DNA of 64,000 bases from Deltaproteobacteria bacterium (GCA_028818755.1 JAPPNF010000148.1:5514-69513); one strand, 5' to 3'. Shown: positions 10,000 through 19,961, counted from the first letter of the stretch. The notes: generated from the letters alone by a model not told the origin. Numbers and translations are program-made.

Positions 10000-10782
10000 G
10001 TGACGATCTACAAGGCACTCACCATCGCGGGCTCGGACTCCGGGGCCGGGGCCGGCCTTCAGGCGGACCTCAAGACCTTCGCGGCGCTGGGGGTCTATGG
10101 CACGTCCGTGGTGACCGCCATCACCGCCCAGAACACCCACGGCGTCACGCGGGTCCTCGAAACTCCGGCGCCGGTGGTGGCCGCGCAGATCGACGCCGTC
10201 ATGGAAGACATCGGCGCCGACGCGGTCAAGACCGGCATGCTCGCCAACGCCCGCATCATCCGCACCGTCGCCGACAAGGTCCGACAGCACGGCATCCAGC
10301 GCCTGGTGGTGGATCCGGTGATGGTGGCCAAGGGCGGCCACGCGCTGCTGCGCCCGGACGCCATCCGGACGCTGCGGATCCGCCTGTTCCCGCTGGCCGC
10401 CGTAGTCACGCCAAACCTGCCCGAGGCACAGGCGCTGACGGGCGTTGAGGGGACCGGAGTACGGGCAATCAAGGAAATGGCGCGACGGATCGTCGGGATG
10501 GGAGCCGGAAGCGTCGTGGTAAAGGGCGGCCATCGGAAAGGCGACGCCACCGACATCCTCTACGACGGCGCTGACTTCCAAGAATATCCGGCTCCGCGGA
10601 TACGGACCCGGAACACCCACGGTACCGGCTGCACGTACTCGGCGGCCCTGGCCTGCGGCCTGGCCTGCAACAACACGCTGGAAACCGCGGTGGCCGAGGC
10701 CAAGGAGTTCATCACCGAGGCGATCCGCCGGGCGTACTCCATCGGAGCGGGGCACAGCCCGGTGAATCATTTCCACAAGTGA
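10000..10782 (+). CDS. thiD: Hydroxymethylpyrimidine/phosphomethylpyrimidine kinase
   Basis: IAGSDSGAGAGLQADLKT, AVKTGML, VDPVMVAKGG, HGTGCT. Confidence 0.95.
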   Translation: MTIYKALTIAGSDSGAGAGLQADLKTFAALGVYGTSVVTAITAQNTHGVTRVLETPAPVVAAQIDAVMEDIGADAVKTGMLANARIIRTVADKVRQHGIQRLVVDPVMVAKGGHALLRPDAIRTLRIRLFPLAAVVTPNLPEAQALTGVEGTGVRAIKEMARRIVGMGAGSVVVKGGHRKGDATDILYDGADFQEYPAPRIRTRNTHGTGCTYSAALACGLACNNTLETAVAEAKEFITEAIRRAYSIGAGHSPVNHFHK

Positions 10783-10839
10783 TGCAGGCACACCGACCTC
10801 TCGCGCCGAGTGTCGGTCTCGTAGAATGTGGTTACATCG

Positions 10840-11217
10840 TCAGAAAGCGACGCGGTTCACGCCATCGACCGCGTCGAAATGGCTGTCGTTGCTCAAAATT
10901 GCGAGAGAGTGCTGGCGGGCCAGCGCAGCGATCCAGACGTCATTCGACGGGATGGGACTGCCAAGCTGCTTCAATTCCAATCGAATGCGCGCGTAGGCAT
11001 CGGCTGTCACGGAGGTGACCGCCGCGATCTCCGTCATCGGCACGTAACGGGTTAGCCAATCCTGATACCGCTTCCGGTGACGCGATTGGCGGATGCCGTA
11101 GTAGTACTCACCGAGAACGACACTGGGTATCACCAGCCGGGTGGCGGAGCGTAGAGGCGCTTCGACTGCGTCATTTCCCTCCGCCCACGCGGACAAGGCG
11201 TTGGTGTCGAGGATCAT
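10840..11217 (-). CDS. vapC: VapC PIN-domain toxin
   Basis: MILDTN, GE, NDVWIAA, SNDSHF acidic tetrad; ATGA overlap with the antitoxin. Confidence 0.92.
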   Translation of the reverse strand: MILDTNALSAWAEGNDAVEAPLRSATRLVIPSVVLGEYYYGIRQSRHRKRYQDWLTRYVPMTEIAAVTSVTADAYARIRLELKQLGSPIPSNDVWIAALARQHSLAILSNDSHFDAVDGVNRVAF

Positions 11218-11474
11218 TCGAGGTCTTCGGCGGTGAGCCTTTCGAACTCCTCCTCGATTGCATCGAGAACGCGGCGATTCTCCTCGGAAAGATCGGATAG
11301 CGCACCGAAACCGGCCATCCAGGGCGGCTCCGAATCGTGTGTCTCGGTGCCGCAACGCCGGAGTTGTGCTTCAAGCGCTTCGGTAAAGAAACGCCTCAAG
11401 GTGACGCCGCGGGCAGCAGCGAGGGCCTTTGCATGCCGGAACATGCCGTCCGGAAGCTCGATCGTCGTCTTCAT
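11214..11474 (-). CDS. vapB: RHH antitoxin (VapB-like)
   Basis: MKTTIELPD...AKALAAARGVTLRRFFTEAL is RHH-like; acidic tail; lies upstream of the PIN gene. Confidence 0.88.
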   Translation of the reverse strand: MKTTIELPDGMFRHAKALAAARGVTLRRFFTEALEAQLRRCGTETHDSEPPWMAGFGALSDLSEENRRVLDAIEEEFERLTAEDLE

Positions 11475-11509
11475 GGACCCATAATCCCATAAAAATGGGT
11501 ATCGCTCAA
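11475..11509 (-). promoter_or_regulatory. vapBC promoter (probably leaderless) with operator palindrome
   Basis: TTGAGC-17 bp-GATTAT-6 bp-ATG on the minus strand; perfect inverted repeat CCCAT-AAAA-ATGGG at 11486-11499. Confidence 0.6.
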
Positions 11510-11573
11510 GCAACTTGGGGTCAGCGCGTCTCACCTTCTGCCCGGTGGACCCCGTCGGTAGCCGGATGCATGC

Positions 11574-12929
11574 CTACGCTGCAAGCCGCGCAATGCACCT
11601 GCGGGCCGTCTCGGTGACCGCGACCGTATCCACCGTCGTCAGCATGCAATCGCGCACCACCGGGCGTCCCTCCACCAGAAGGTCGCGAACAGTGAGTGGC
11701 CCGCAGAGCACGAGAGCGGCCACCGGGTCCCATGCGCCGGCGGCGCCCAGGCCGGAAACGTCCCAGATCGCCAGGTCGGCACGCTTGCCCGGCTCGATGG
11801 TTCCGAGCTCGCCGGCACGTCCGAGAACAGTCGCCCCGCCCAGGGTCGCGATCTCGATGGCTTCGCGGGCGCTCATGGCGGCGGCGCCGTGACGGACCCG
11901 CTGCAGCATCATGGCCTGCCGCGCTTCGGGCAGGAGGCTTCCGGAATCGTTGCTGGCCGATCCGTCGACACCCAGGCCGACGGCGACGCCGGCGTCGCGC
12001 ATGGCGCGGACCGGTGCGATGCCCGACCCCAACCGGCAGTTGGACGACGGGCAGTGCGCGACGCCGGTCCGGGTGCGGGCAAAGAGGGCGATCTCTCTCG
12101 GCTCCAGCTGAACGCAGTGCGCGTGCCACACGTGCTCTCCGACCCAGCCCAGCGATTCGGCATACTCGCCGGGGCGGCAGCCGATGTTTTCGAGCGACCA
12201 GGCGACGTCTTCGGCGTTCTCGGCCAGGTGCGTGTGCAGGCGGACGTCCTTGTCGGCCGCCAGCGCGACGGCATCGCACATCAACTCCCGGGAGACGGAA
12301 AAGGGCGAGCAGGGAGCGATGCCGACGCGGACCATGGCGCCCTCGGATGGATCGTGAAAGGCGTCGATCACGCGGATACAGTCTTCGATGATGTCGGCCT
12401 CGCGCTCGGTCATGTTGTCAGGAGGCAAACCGCCGGAGCTTTCGCCCACGCTCATTGCGCCGCGGGTGGGGTGGAAGCGCAGTCCGACGGCGCTCGCTGC
12501 CTCAATCGTGTCCTCCAACCGCACGCCGTCCGGATAGAGGTAGAGGTGATCCGAGCTCGTGCCGCAGCCGGAAAGGGCCAGTTCCGCCAGCCCGAGTTGC
12601 GCCGACACCAACATGTCCTCGGGTCGCATTCGAGCCCAGACAGGGTAGAGCGACCTGAGCCAGCCAAACAGCGATGCATCCTGACCCGCCGGCACAGCGC
12701 GGGTCAAGGTCTGGAAAAGGTGATGATGGGTATTGACGAGCGCCGGCGTCACCACGCAGCCACGGGCATCAATCACCTCCCACCCGGCAGGGTCCTCCGG
12801 GCCTCCGGCTCCCACGTTCTCGATCTTGCCGTCCACTACGAGGATGTCCGCGCCCACCAGCTCGCTTCGGCCCACGTCCATCGTGACGACGACATCGGCG
12901 TTACGGATCCAGCGTCCATGGTCCGTCAA
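11574..12929 (-). CDS. 8-oxoguanine deaminase-like amidohydrolase
   Basis: NTHHHLFQTLTR, PCSPFSVS, HTHLAE, GVDGSASND; TTG start with AGGAG. Confidence 0.88.
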   Translation of the reverse strand: MTDHGRWIRNADVVVTMDVGRSELVGADILVVDGKIENVGAGGPEDPAGWEVIDARGCVVTPALVNTHHHLFQTLTRAVPAGQDASLFGWLRSLYPVWARMRPEDMLVSAQLGLAELALSGCGTSSDHLYLYPDGVRLEDTIEAASAVGLRFHPTRGAMSVGESSGGLPPDNMTEREADIIEDCIRVIDAFHDPSEGAMVRVGIAPCSPFSVSRELMCDAVALAADKDVRLHTHLAENAEDVAWSLENIGCRPGEYAESLGWVGEHVWHAHCVQLEPREIALFARTRTGVAHCPSSNCRLGSGIAPVRAMRDAGVAVGLGVDGSASNDSGSLLPEARQAMMLQRVRHGAAAMSAREAIEIATLGGATVLGRAGELGTIEPGKRADLAIWDVSGLGAAGAWDPVAALVLCGPLTVRDLLVEGRPVVRDCMLTTVDTVAVTETARRCIARLAA

Positions 12930-13131
12930 ATGACTTCTCCTGTCTTGCGCTCCCAGTGACCTCGGTCGATGATTTTGTCTAATCGGGTGGTAGCATCTTG
13001 CAGGGCTCAAATGATTTGTCTAAACATATCTTTTAGGATAATAAATCTGCTTATACATATCATATACTTGAGCTTCGTCTCATGGATTGATCTGTTATAG
13101 TAGATTAATTTAGGCTAATGATATAGAATAA

Positions 13132-13449
13132 ATGATCGCAATGATTTATACAACTGAACATATCGCCTCTATCCTCAAGAGCGCTCGCAAGGCCCGGGGT
13201 TTGAGCCAGCGCGCGCTCAGCGCCAAGGTCGGCGTGCCACAAAGCCATCTCTCGAAAGTAGAGAAAGGCGCGGTCGATCTAAGGGTGTCCAGCCTCGTGG
13301 AACTCGCCCGTGCCCTTGATCTGGAGCTTATGCTCGTTCCGCGCAAATCTGCCCCCGCCGTAAACGCGCTTGTCCACGCCCTGCCCATAAGTCGGGAAAC
13401 CGAAACTTCACGACCAGCTTATGCCCTGGATGAGGAAGACGATGGCTGA
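13132..13449 (+). CDS. hipB: XRE-family HTH antitoxin (HipB-like)
   Basis: RKARGLSQRALSAKVGVPQSHLSKVEKG HTH; overlaps the hipA start. Confidence 0.85.
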   Translation: MIAMIYTTEHIASILKSARKARGLSQRALSAKVGVPQSHLSKVEKGAVDLRVSSLVELARALDLELMLVPRKSAPAVNALVHALPISRETETSRPAYALDEEDDG

Positions 13450-14656
13450 CGTTGCCGTCCTCAACGTCCTCCTTTACGGTGCGCCCATCGGTACACTGAC
13501 GCGCGTGGCCGGTGACCGCACGCTCTTCTCATTCAACGAGGACTACATCGCCGACAAAGACCGCCCCGTCCTCGGCCTCGGCTTCAAGGACCGTCTCGGG
13601 GAGCTGATCACCGACTTCAGGCCCACGCAGACCAAGTTGTTGCCTTTCTTCTCCAACATGCTGCCCGAAGGACACATGCGAAGCTATCTCGCTGAGCGCG
13701 CCGGCGTGAATCCCGCACGTGAATTCTTCCTGCTGTGGGTACTGGGCAGCGACCTTCCGGGAGCTGTCACCATCACGCCCGCGGAGGGAGAGGCTTGGCC
13801 GTCCGACGCGGCTGATGCTGGGCGTGGTCGTGACCGATACGACCATGCCCTGCGGTTTTCGCTCGCCGGCGTGCAACTAAAGTTTTCGGCCATTGAAGCG
13901 GCAAGAGGCGGGCTGACCATTCCAGCCAAGGGCGTAGGTGGATCCTGGATCGTCAAGTTGCCCTCCCGGGCGTTCGAGGGCGTGTCCGAAAACGAATACG
14001 CGATGATGACGCTCGCCCGAATGATCGGGATGGACGTGCCAGCACTTCGCCTCGTCAGTATAGATGCCATCGGGAACCTCCCGGAAGGGATCGGTGCGTT
14101 GAAAGGACAGGCGCTCGCCGTCCACCGCTTCGACCGGCTCTCGGACGGCACCCCCGTGCACATCGAGGATTTCGCCCAGATCTTCGGCGTCTATCCCGAC
14201 GACAAATACAAAAGAGGCAATGCGCGCAGTATCGCCAACGTTATCGCCGCCGAAGGCAGCGAGGCGGACATTGCCGAATTCATCCGCCGGCTCACCTTCA
14301 ACACCCTGATCGGCAATGCCGACATGCACCTCAAGAACTGGTCGATGATCTATCCCGACGGCCGTCGTGCGGCGCTCGCGCCGGCCTATGATCTGGTCTC
14401 GACGATTCCGTACATCCCGGACCAATTGGCCGCACTCAACGTCAGCCGCACCAAGCGCTTTGATGAGTTCTCCGAAGACGAGCTTTCCCACCTTGCCGCC
14501 AAGGCGCGCCTGCCGTCAAAGCTGGTATTGGACACGGCTCGCGAAACCGTAGCGCTCTTCCATCAGTACTGGGGTGTCGCAAAGGCTGACCTGCCACTTG
14601 CCGAAGAAGTCATCGAGGCCGTCGAAAGGCGCCTGAAGACGATACCGATTGCTTGA
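13442..14656 (+). CDS. hipA: HipA-family Ser/Thr kinase toxin
   Basis: FFSNMLPEG, SLAGVQLK, NADMHLKNWS, LAPAYDL. Confidence 0.93.
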   Translation: MADVAVLNVLLYGAPIGTLTRVAGDRTLFSFNEDYIADKDRPVLGLGFKDRLGELITDFRPTQTKLLPFFSNMLPEGHMRSYLAERAGVNPAREFFLLWVLGSDLPGAVTITPAEGEAWPSDAADAGRGRDRYDHALRFSLAGVQLKFSAIEAARGGLTIPAKGVGGSWIVKLPSRAFEGVSENEYAMMTLARMIGMDVPALRLVSIDAIGNLPEGIGALKGQALAVHRFDRLSDGTPVHIEDFAQIFGVYPDDKYKRGNARSIANVIAAEGSEADIAEFIRRLTFNTLIGNADMHLKNWSMIYPDGRRAALAPAYDLVSTIPYIPDQLAALNVSRTKRFDEFSEDELSHLAAKARLPSKLVLDTARETVALFHQYWGVAKADLPLAEEVIEAVERRLKTIPIA

Positions 14657-14704
14657 CTCAACTGCTACGCCCGATGGCGCTACCGAGCGCAATCCAGAAA
14701 TAGA

Positions 14705-16888
14705 TCATGTCGAGGAATCCGTGCCGTCACGACCTGCAAGCACCACGAGGGCATCGAGGGCGACGCCGCCCCGGCGTCGCAGCACGAAGGGATTGACGTC
14801 GATGGACTCGAGCCGGTCGCCCAGGTCACGGGCGAGCCGCGACACCGCCATCAACGCCTTGACTACGGCGCTACGGTCCAGCGCCGGCGCCCCGCGATAG
14901 CCGTCGATCAACCGGGCGGCCCCGGTGCGCGCGATCAACGCCTCGGCCGCGGCCTCATCGAGGGTCGGAGCGGCGAAGGCAACGTCGCGATAAAGCTCCA
15001 GCGCCACCCCGCCCGATCCGAACATCACTACGGGGCCCATCTCCGGATCGCGCGAGGCGCCGACCACCAGCTCCAGTTCCCCAGCCACCTGCTCGGCCAC
15101 CAGCACGCCGTCCACGGCGACTCCCCCGGCCTTGCGCGCGACATTGCGCAGGATGGCGTCGTAGCCCTGGCGCACGGCGCCGGCGGTCATGTTGTTCAGC
15201 AGAACGCCGCCCACGTCGGACTTGTGCGTCAGCTCGGCGCCCGCGGCTTTCAGCACCACCGGAAATCCCATGGCGCGGGCGATCCGCACCGCTTCGGCCG
15301 CGCTGCCGGCCAACCGCTCCCGAGGCGTCCGAAGGCCGTAGGCGCGGAGCAGCGCCTTGGAATCGACCTCCGACAGCGGGGTCGGACCGGCACCGTGGCC
15401 GGGCCTGCCGAGCACCCTCCGCACGGCCGCCGGCGCCCCTGGCGGATTGCGCCGTTTGGCCGCCGTCTTCCTCGACAACCGTTGCGCATGGGAGATGACC
15501 GAGCGCACCGTTCGCAACGATTTGTCCGCTTCCTGCAGGAACGCGACGTTGCGCAGCCCGTCGCGCAGCTCCCTGGCATAGTCGTTCAGGCCATGCGAGA
15601 TCATGGTGACGAAGGCGATGGGTTTCCTCGCCCGCGCCGCCAGTTCGTTGACCGCGCGCATGTTGGCTTCCTTGTTCCCGCCCTCGGGCGCCCGCAGCAG
15701 CTCCTCCTGCAGCAACAGCATGTCGATGCCGGGATCGTCCAGCAGCGTCTCGACGCAGCGGATGTAGGTCTCGTGGCTGGTGAGGGCGGCAAAGCCGGAA
15801 TCCAGGGGATTGCCGATGACGGTGCCTACGCCGAGCAGCTTCTCCAGGCGCTTGCGGGACCTGGCGGAGAGGGACGGAAAGGACAGGCCGTTGGCGTCCG
15901 CGTGGTCGAGCAGCACGCCCCGCAGGCCCCCGGAGAAGGTCATGGCGCCCAGCCTTTCGCCCTTGGGCAGCCGGACGTGCAGCAGATACTCGGCCATCTC
16001 CACCACGTCATCGAGGGTGGCGACGCGGACGGCGCCGTAATCACCGGCGATGGCGTCGAAGGCGGCGATGGATCCCGCCAGCGCGCCGGTATGGGCCAGG
16101 GCGGCCGCCCGGCCGTTGTCCGAAGTGCCGAGCTTGACCACGACCACCGGCTTTCCCGCCTTCCTTGCCGCGCCGCAGGCGGCCAGGAACCGTTCCGGCT
16201 CGCGCACCGCCTCCAGGTAGGAGACGATGAGCCGTGTCTGGGGATCGGCCGCGAAGTACTCGATGTAGTCGGCGGTCTTGAGCCCGGCCTCGTTGCCGCT
16301 GCTGACGATGTAGCCCACGTCCATGCCGCGTTCTTCGAGGGTGCGCTTGAGCGCCATCACCAGCCCGCCCGACTGCCCGACGATGGCGATGGGACCCGGT
16401 TTGGTGCGTTGCGGGCGGTTGTCGGTCATGGTGACGAACCCGGCGCCGCCGTTGAAGTTGCCGATGCAGTTGGGGCCGGAAACGGCTATGCCCAACTCCG
16501 CGATGGCGGCGGAGAGCCGCCGGCCGCGCTCGACGGCCACCGGATCCGGCACTTCGCCGAAGCCGGACGATACCACCGTGGCGCTGCGCGCCCCGGCGGC
16601 CGCCCCTTCGCGCAGGGCCGCCTCCACGAACGGCGCCGGCACGTACACCGCCAAGTGGTCGGGCGGCTCGGGAAGCTCGGCGTAGCTCATGTAGCAGCGC
16701 GTACCCCACACTTCCTCGCGCCGCGGGTTGAACGGATAGACCGGACCCGCATAGCCGTAGCGATCGAGATTGCGCCAGCAGCGCTGGGGCCAGTTCCCGG
16801 GCTTGTCGGTGGCGCCGACGATGACGACGTTGCGCGGATTCAGCAGCGCCTCCACGTCGGGGCGCGGGTTCGGAGCCGGTCGTGGCAT
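14705..16888 (-). CDS. Acetate--CoA ligase family (ADP-forming acyl-CoA synthetase)
   Basis: CoA-binding domain, GPNCIG, GQSGG, AALAHTGALAG phospho-His, ATP-grasp HKSDVGGV. Confidence 0.9.
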   Translation of the reverse strand: MPRPAPNPRPDVEALLNPRNVVIVGATDKPGNWPQRCWRNLDRYGYAGPVYPFNPRREEVWGTRCYMSYAELPEPPDHLAVYVPAPFVEAALREGAAAGARSATVVSSGFGEVPDPVAVERGRRLSAAIAELGIAVSGPNCIGNFNGGAGFVTMTDNRPQRTKPGPIAIVGQSGGLVMALKRTLEERGMDVGYIVSSGNEAGLKTADYIEYFAADPQTRLIVSYLEAVREPERFLAACGAARKAGKPVVVVKLGTSDNGRAAALAHTGALAGSIAAFDAIAGDYGAVRVATLDDVVEMAEYLLHVRLPKGERLGAMTFSGGLRGVLLDHADANGLSFPSLSARSRKRLEKLLGVGTVIGNPLDSGFAALTSHETYIRCVETLLDDPGIDMLLLQEELLRAPEGGNKEANMRAVNELAARARKPIAFVTMISHGLNDYARELRDGLRNVAFLQEADKSLRTVRSVISHAQRLSRKTAAKRRNPPGAPAAVRRVLGRPGHGAGPTPLSEVDSKALLRAYGLRTPRERLAGSAAEAVRIARAMGFPVVLKAAGAELTHKSDVGGVLLNNMTAGAVRQGYDAILRNVARKAGGVAVDGVLVAEQVAGELELVVGASRDPEMGPVVMFGSGGVALELYRDVAFAAPTLDEAAAEALIARTGAARLIDGYRGAPALDRSAVVKALMAVSRLARDLGDRLESIDVNPFVLRRRGGVALDALVVLAGRDGTDSST

Positions 16889-17224
16889 TGGGGTTACCTG
16901 CGCGGGGCGGTCTGTCTCGATTGTCTGAAGACCCGACAATGGGTGCGTCAATACGCGGGTGGTGGGTGATTGTCAATGGGAGTTGCATCCAGTTCCCACG
17001 GCAGCGCACCTGGACTCCAGCTCGTGAACACAGTCCGACTTTCTTTCACTTTCCCGTCAACGACCAGAGAGTTTCCCAAGCCGAAGCGTGAAAAGGGGTG
17101 GCTCAGTCTAAAGAAGCCAGATATGATACCGATCAATAAAGTATGTGAGGAAATCGGGCCCGAGAACGTCCTCGCCGAGGCTATGACAAAGGCCGTTCGG
17201 GGGGCAGAAGGAGCTTGACAAGAA

Positions 17225-17590
17225 ATGAACGCAGAAACGATCAGCATCATCGTATCCGTGGTGGCAGTCGGCGCGGCAGTCGGAACCCTTGCGATGATGG
17301 GAACCAGGCAACTGCGCCAAGACATGGACCGACGCTTCACCGAAATGCGTGACGACATTCGTGACGTGCGACACGATGTGAGCGAAGTGCGACGTGACGT
17401 GAATGCCCTGCGCGAGGCAGTAGGGGTCCTGAAGGAGGGCGTAGCGTCTTTGAAAGAGGCAGTGAGTTTTTTGAAGAAGGACGTGGGGTTTCTGAAGGAG
17501 GACGTAGGGTTCTTAAAGAAGGACGTGGGGTTTCTGAAGGAGGATGTCGCCGCTCTAAAGGACCGTGGTGGGACTACGGGCGTGGAATGA
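17225..17590 (+). CDS. Membrane-anchored coiled-coil protein with heptad repeats
   Basis: N-terminal TM helix followed by LK(K/E)DVGF-type heptads; AAGGAG RBS. Confidence 0.8.
   Translation: MNAETISIIVSVVAVGAAVGTLAMMGTRQLRQDMDRRFTEMRDDIRDVRHDVSEVRRDVNALREAVGVLKEGVASLKEAVSFLKKDVGFLKEDVGFLKKDVGFLKEDVAALKDRGGTTGVE
17471..17554 (+). repeat. 21-bp tandem repeat x4 (two 42-bp units) inside the CDS
   Basis: ttgaagaaggacgtggggttt / ctgaaggaggacgtagggttc / ttaaagaaggacgtggggttt / ctgaaggaggatgtcgccgct. Confidence 0.85.
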
Positions 17591-17608
17591 ACTGCTGTGC
17601 GATTCGTT

Positions 17609-18418
17609 TCACTGACTCGCCGTAATTCCTCCATCCACATACATGATCTGCCCGGTCACGAAGGCGGAGGCGTCCGAGCAGAAGAACATCACTGGCCCGA
17701 CGACGTCCTTGGGGTCGGCGATCCTGCCCAGGGGGATGCGTTCCAGAAGCTGGTTGCGAAACTCGGGGTTCTCGATGACGTGGCGGATCATCTCGGTGTA
17801 GACGAAGGTGGGGGCTACACCGTTGACGGTGATGCCGTCTCTGGCCAGCTCCATGGCGTGCTGCTTGATGAGCATGACGAGAGCGCCCTTGGTGCTGCAA
17901 TAGGCGGAGTAGCCGCGGTCGCGGAGCCCGAGTTGAGCGCGCACGGACAGGAGGTGGACCTGCCGGCCTCCCCCGGCGGCGGTCTGGTGCTTGGCGGCCG
18001 CTTGGGCCAGGAACATGGCGCCCTTCAGATTCACGCGATAGACCTCGTCGTAGGCTTCCTCTGAGACTTTGAGCAGCGGCTCCTCGCGCTGAATGCCGAC
18101 GCAATTGACGAGCACGTCGATGCGTCCGTGGCGTTCGGCGACGCTGTCCACTGCCTCCCGGATGGACGAGACGGACTCCACGTCGAGCGGGATGCCGTCG
18201 GTCGCGAGGCCATGTTTTGTCAGAGCCAAGGCGAGCCCTTCCGCCTTGCCCGTATCGCGCCCGGCGACAGTGACGCGGGCGCCGGCCAGCGCCAGCGCCC
18301 AGGCGATGGCCTCGCCGATGCCGCCGTATCCTCCGGGCATGAACACGACCTTGTCGCGCATGTCGAAGAGGTTCGTGAGCTCGGTTGCGAAATCGATGGT
18401 AGGGGTAATGCGTTCCAT
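17609..18418 (-). CDS. SDR family oxidoreductase (gluconate 5-dehydrogenase-like)
   Basis: GGYGGIG, YCSTK, TGQIMYVDGG. Confidence 0.9.
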   Translation of the reverse strand: MERITPTIDFATELTNLFDMRDKVVFMPGGYGGIGEAIAWALALAGARVTVAGRDTGKAEGLALALTKHGLATDGIPLDVESVSSIREAVDSVAERHGRIDVLVNCVGIQREEPLLKVSEEAYDEVYRVNLKGAMFLAQAAAKHQTAAGGGRQVHLLSVRAQLGLRDRGYSAYCSTKGALVMLIKQHAMELARDGITVNGVAPTFVYTEMIRHVIENPEFRNQLLERIPLGRIADPKDVVGPVMFFCSDASAFVTGQIMYVDGGITASQ

Positions 18419-18438
18419 GGCTTGAATGCCTCCCTGAA

Positions 18439-18491
18439 ATGGCGTCCTTCGACTTCGCTCGGCTACACCTCGCTACGCTCAGGACGAACGG
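18439..18491. repeat. Repeat family A, single arm
   Basis: ATGGCGTCCTTCGACTTCGCTCGGCTACACCTCGCTACGCTCAGGACGAACGG. Confidence 0.9.
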
Positions 18492-18534
18492 GTATGTGGT
18501 TTCCACGATTCTTGAACCGAGACTCCTGCCACGG

Positions 18535-19278
18535 CTAGTCCATGTGCAGGCCGCCATTGATGTCGATGATCTCGCCGGTGATGAAGCCTGCGTGGGGCGA
18601 CACCAGGAACGCGATCAGGCGGGCGACCTCCTCGGGTTCGCAGAAACGCCCCACCGGGATCTGACGGAGCAGGGCCTCGCGCTGAACGTCGGTGAGTTGC
18701 TCGGTGACCATGGGCGTCCTTATGTAGGCGGGCGCGACGCCGTTGACGGTGATGCCCTCGGCGGCGACCTCACGCGCGAGGGAGAAGGTCAGGGCGCCCA
18801 GCCCGCCCTTGGAGGCAGTGTAGGCGGTTCCCGCGGTGAGGCCGCCGCTCTTCATGGCCAGCGAGCAGACGTTCACCACGCGGCCCCAGCGTTGCCGGCG
18901 CATGCCCGGCAGCAGGGCGCGCGTGAGATAGAAGGCGCCGTCCAGGTTGACCGCCATGAGCCGGCGCCACTCGTCCACGGACGTGCTCTCCGCCTTGTTG
19001 TTCGACAGGATTCCGGCGTTGTTGACCAGCGTGTCCACGGTGCCGTACTGGTTCCGGATGGTTTCGCAGACACGCTCCACGGCCGCCGGGTCGCCAACGT
19101 CCACCACCAGGGGCGAGGCGGCAGGGCCGATTTCTTGCGCCTTTTCCTCCAGCCGGTCGGCGGCGACATCCATCATGACGACGCGGTGCCCGTCGGCGGC
19201 CAGTTGCCGGGCCATGGCGGCGCCCAAGGCCCCGGCGGCGCCGGTGACGACACTCAGCCGTTGGCTACTCATCCGCAT
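18535..19278 (-). CDS. SDR family oxidoreductase (FabG-like)
   Basis: TGAAGALG, NNAG, YTASK, TGEIIDINGG. Confidence 0.9.
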   Translation of the reverse strand: MRMSSQRLSVVTGAAGALGAAMARQLAADGHRVVMMDVAADRLEEKAQEIGPAASPLVVDVGDPAAVERVCETIRNQYGTVDTLVNNAGILSNNKAESTSVDEWRRLMAVNLDGAFYLTRALLPGMRRQRWGRVVNVCSLAMKSGGLTAGTAYTASKGGLGALTFSLAREVAAEGITVNGVAPAYIRTPMVTEQLTDVQREALLRQIPVGRFCEPEEVARLIAFLVSPHAGFITGEIIDINGGLHMD

Positions 19279-19323
19279 CGCTCCGCGGCGGGTGGAATGA
19301 TTCGGCCGGGACAGGAACGACGT

Positions 19324-19959
19324 TCATCGCCGTAACTCCGCGGCCGGGGGAGCCAGCCGGCCAAGATAGGAACGGACGTCCGGCGCCGCGACCATGGCGC
19401 GGAAATCCGGATACTCCCGGACCCGCCCCGCCAACACGAAGACGAAGCGCTCGCACACCTCTTCCATCAGCTCGACATGGTAGGGCTCGTTGGGATGCAG
19501 GCAGACGAGGACCAGCCGGCCCTCGGATCGCAGCTTGCGAAAGAAATCCAGCATGAAGCCGATGTAGCCGTCCCGGGTATTGAACTGCGGCTCGTCGAAC
19601 AGGTGCACCATGGGGTAGTCGTGGCCCGCCGGCTGCATCAGGAACGCGGGCCGGGTCCTGCGGAAGCGCCGCACCTGATACGACTGGTGGTAGTGGATCG
19701 CCAGCCTGTCCCGCTCCTTGTACTTCACGTCGTGGATGTTCCGGCCCATGACCCGGACCGAACCGGCGCTGGGAGTGTTCGAACCGGTGATCAACTCGAA
19801 GAGCGTGGTCTTTCCCGACCCGTTGGGCCCCATGACGCCGACGATGGCGGAGTCCCGCATGGTCAGGTCTGCCTGCAGCCGGAACGTCTCTCGCGGCGGC
19901 AACATACCGCGGGTGTAACGCTTCACCAGGCCCCGGACTTCAAGGATCGGCGCCGTCAT
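19324..19959 (-). CDS. Atypical ABC ATP-binding protein lacking the signature motif
   Basis: Walker A GPNGSGKTT, Walker B HLFDEP, H-loop CLHP, no LSGGQ. Likely start ATG 19959. Confidence 0.85.
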   Translation of the reverse strand: MTAPILEVRGLVKRYTRGMLPPRETFRLQADLTMRDSAIVGVMGPNGSGKTTLFELITGSNTPSAGSVRVMGRNIHDVKYKERDRLAIHYHQSYQVRRFRRTRPAFLMQPAGHDYPMVHLFDEPQFNTRDGYIGFMLDFFRKLRSEGRLVLVCLHPNEPYHVELMEEVCERFVFVLAGRVREYPDFRAMVAAPDVRSYLGRLAPPAAELRR

Positions 19960-19961
19960 GG

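Noticed and set aside
13020-13131. Replication origin or HipB operator array in the AT-rich tract
   Set aside because: No DnaA boxes and only 4-bp inverted repeats; best read as the hipBA promoter region.
16948-17640. 230-aa minus-strand ORF with NPTSSF repeats
   Set aside because: Antisense of the coiled-coil gene, which has an RBS and a TM helix.
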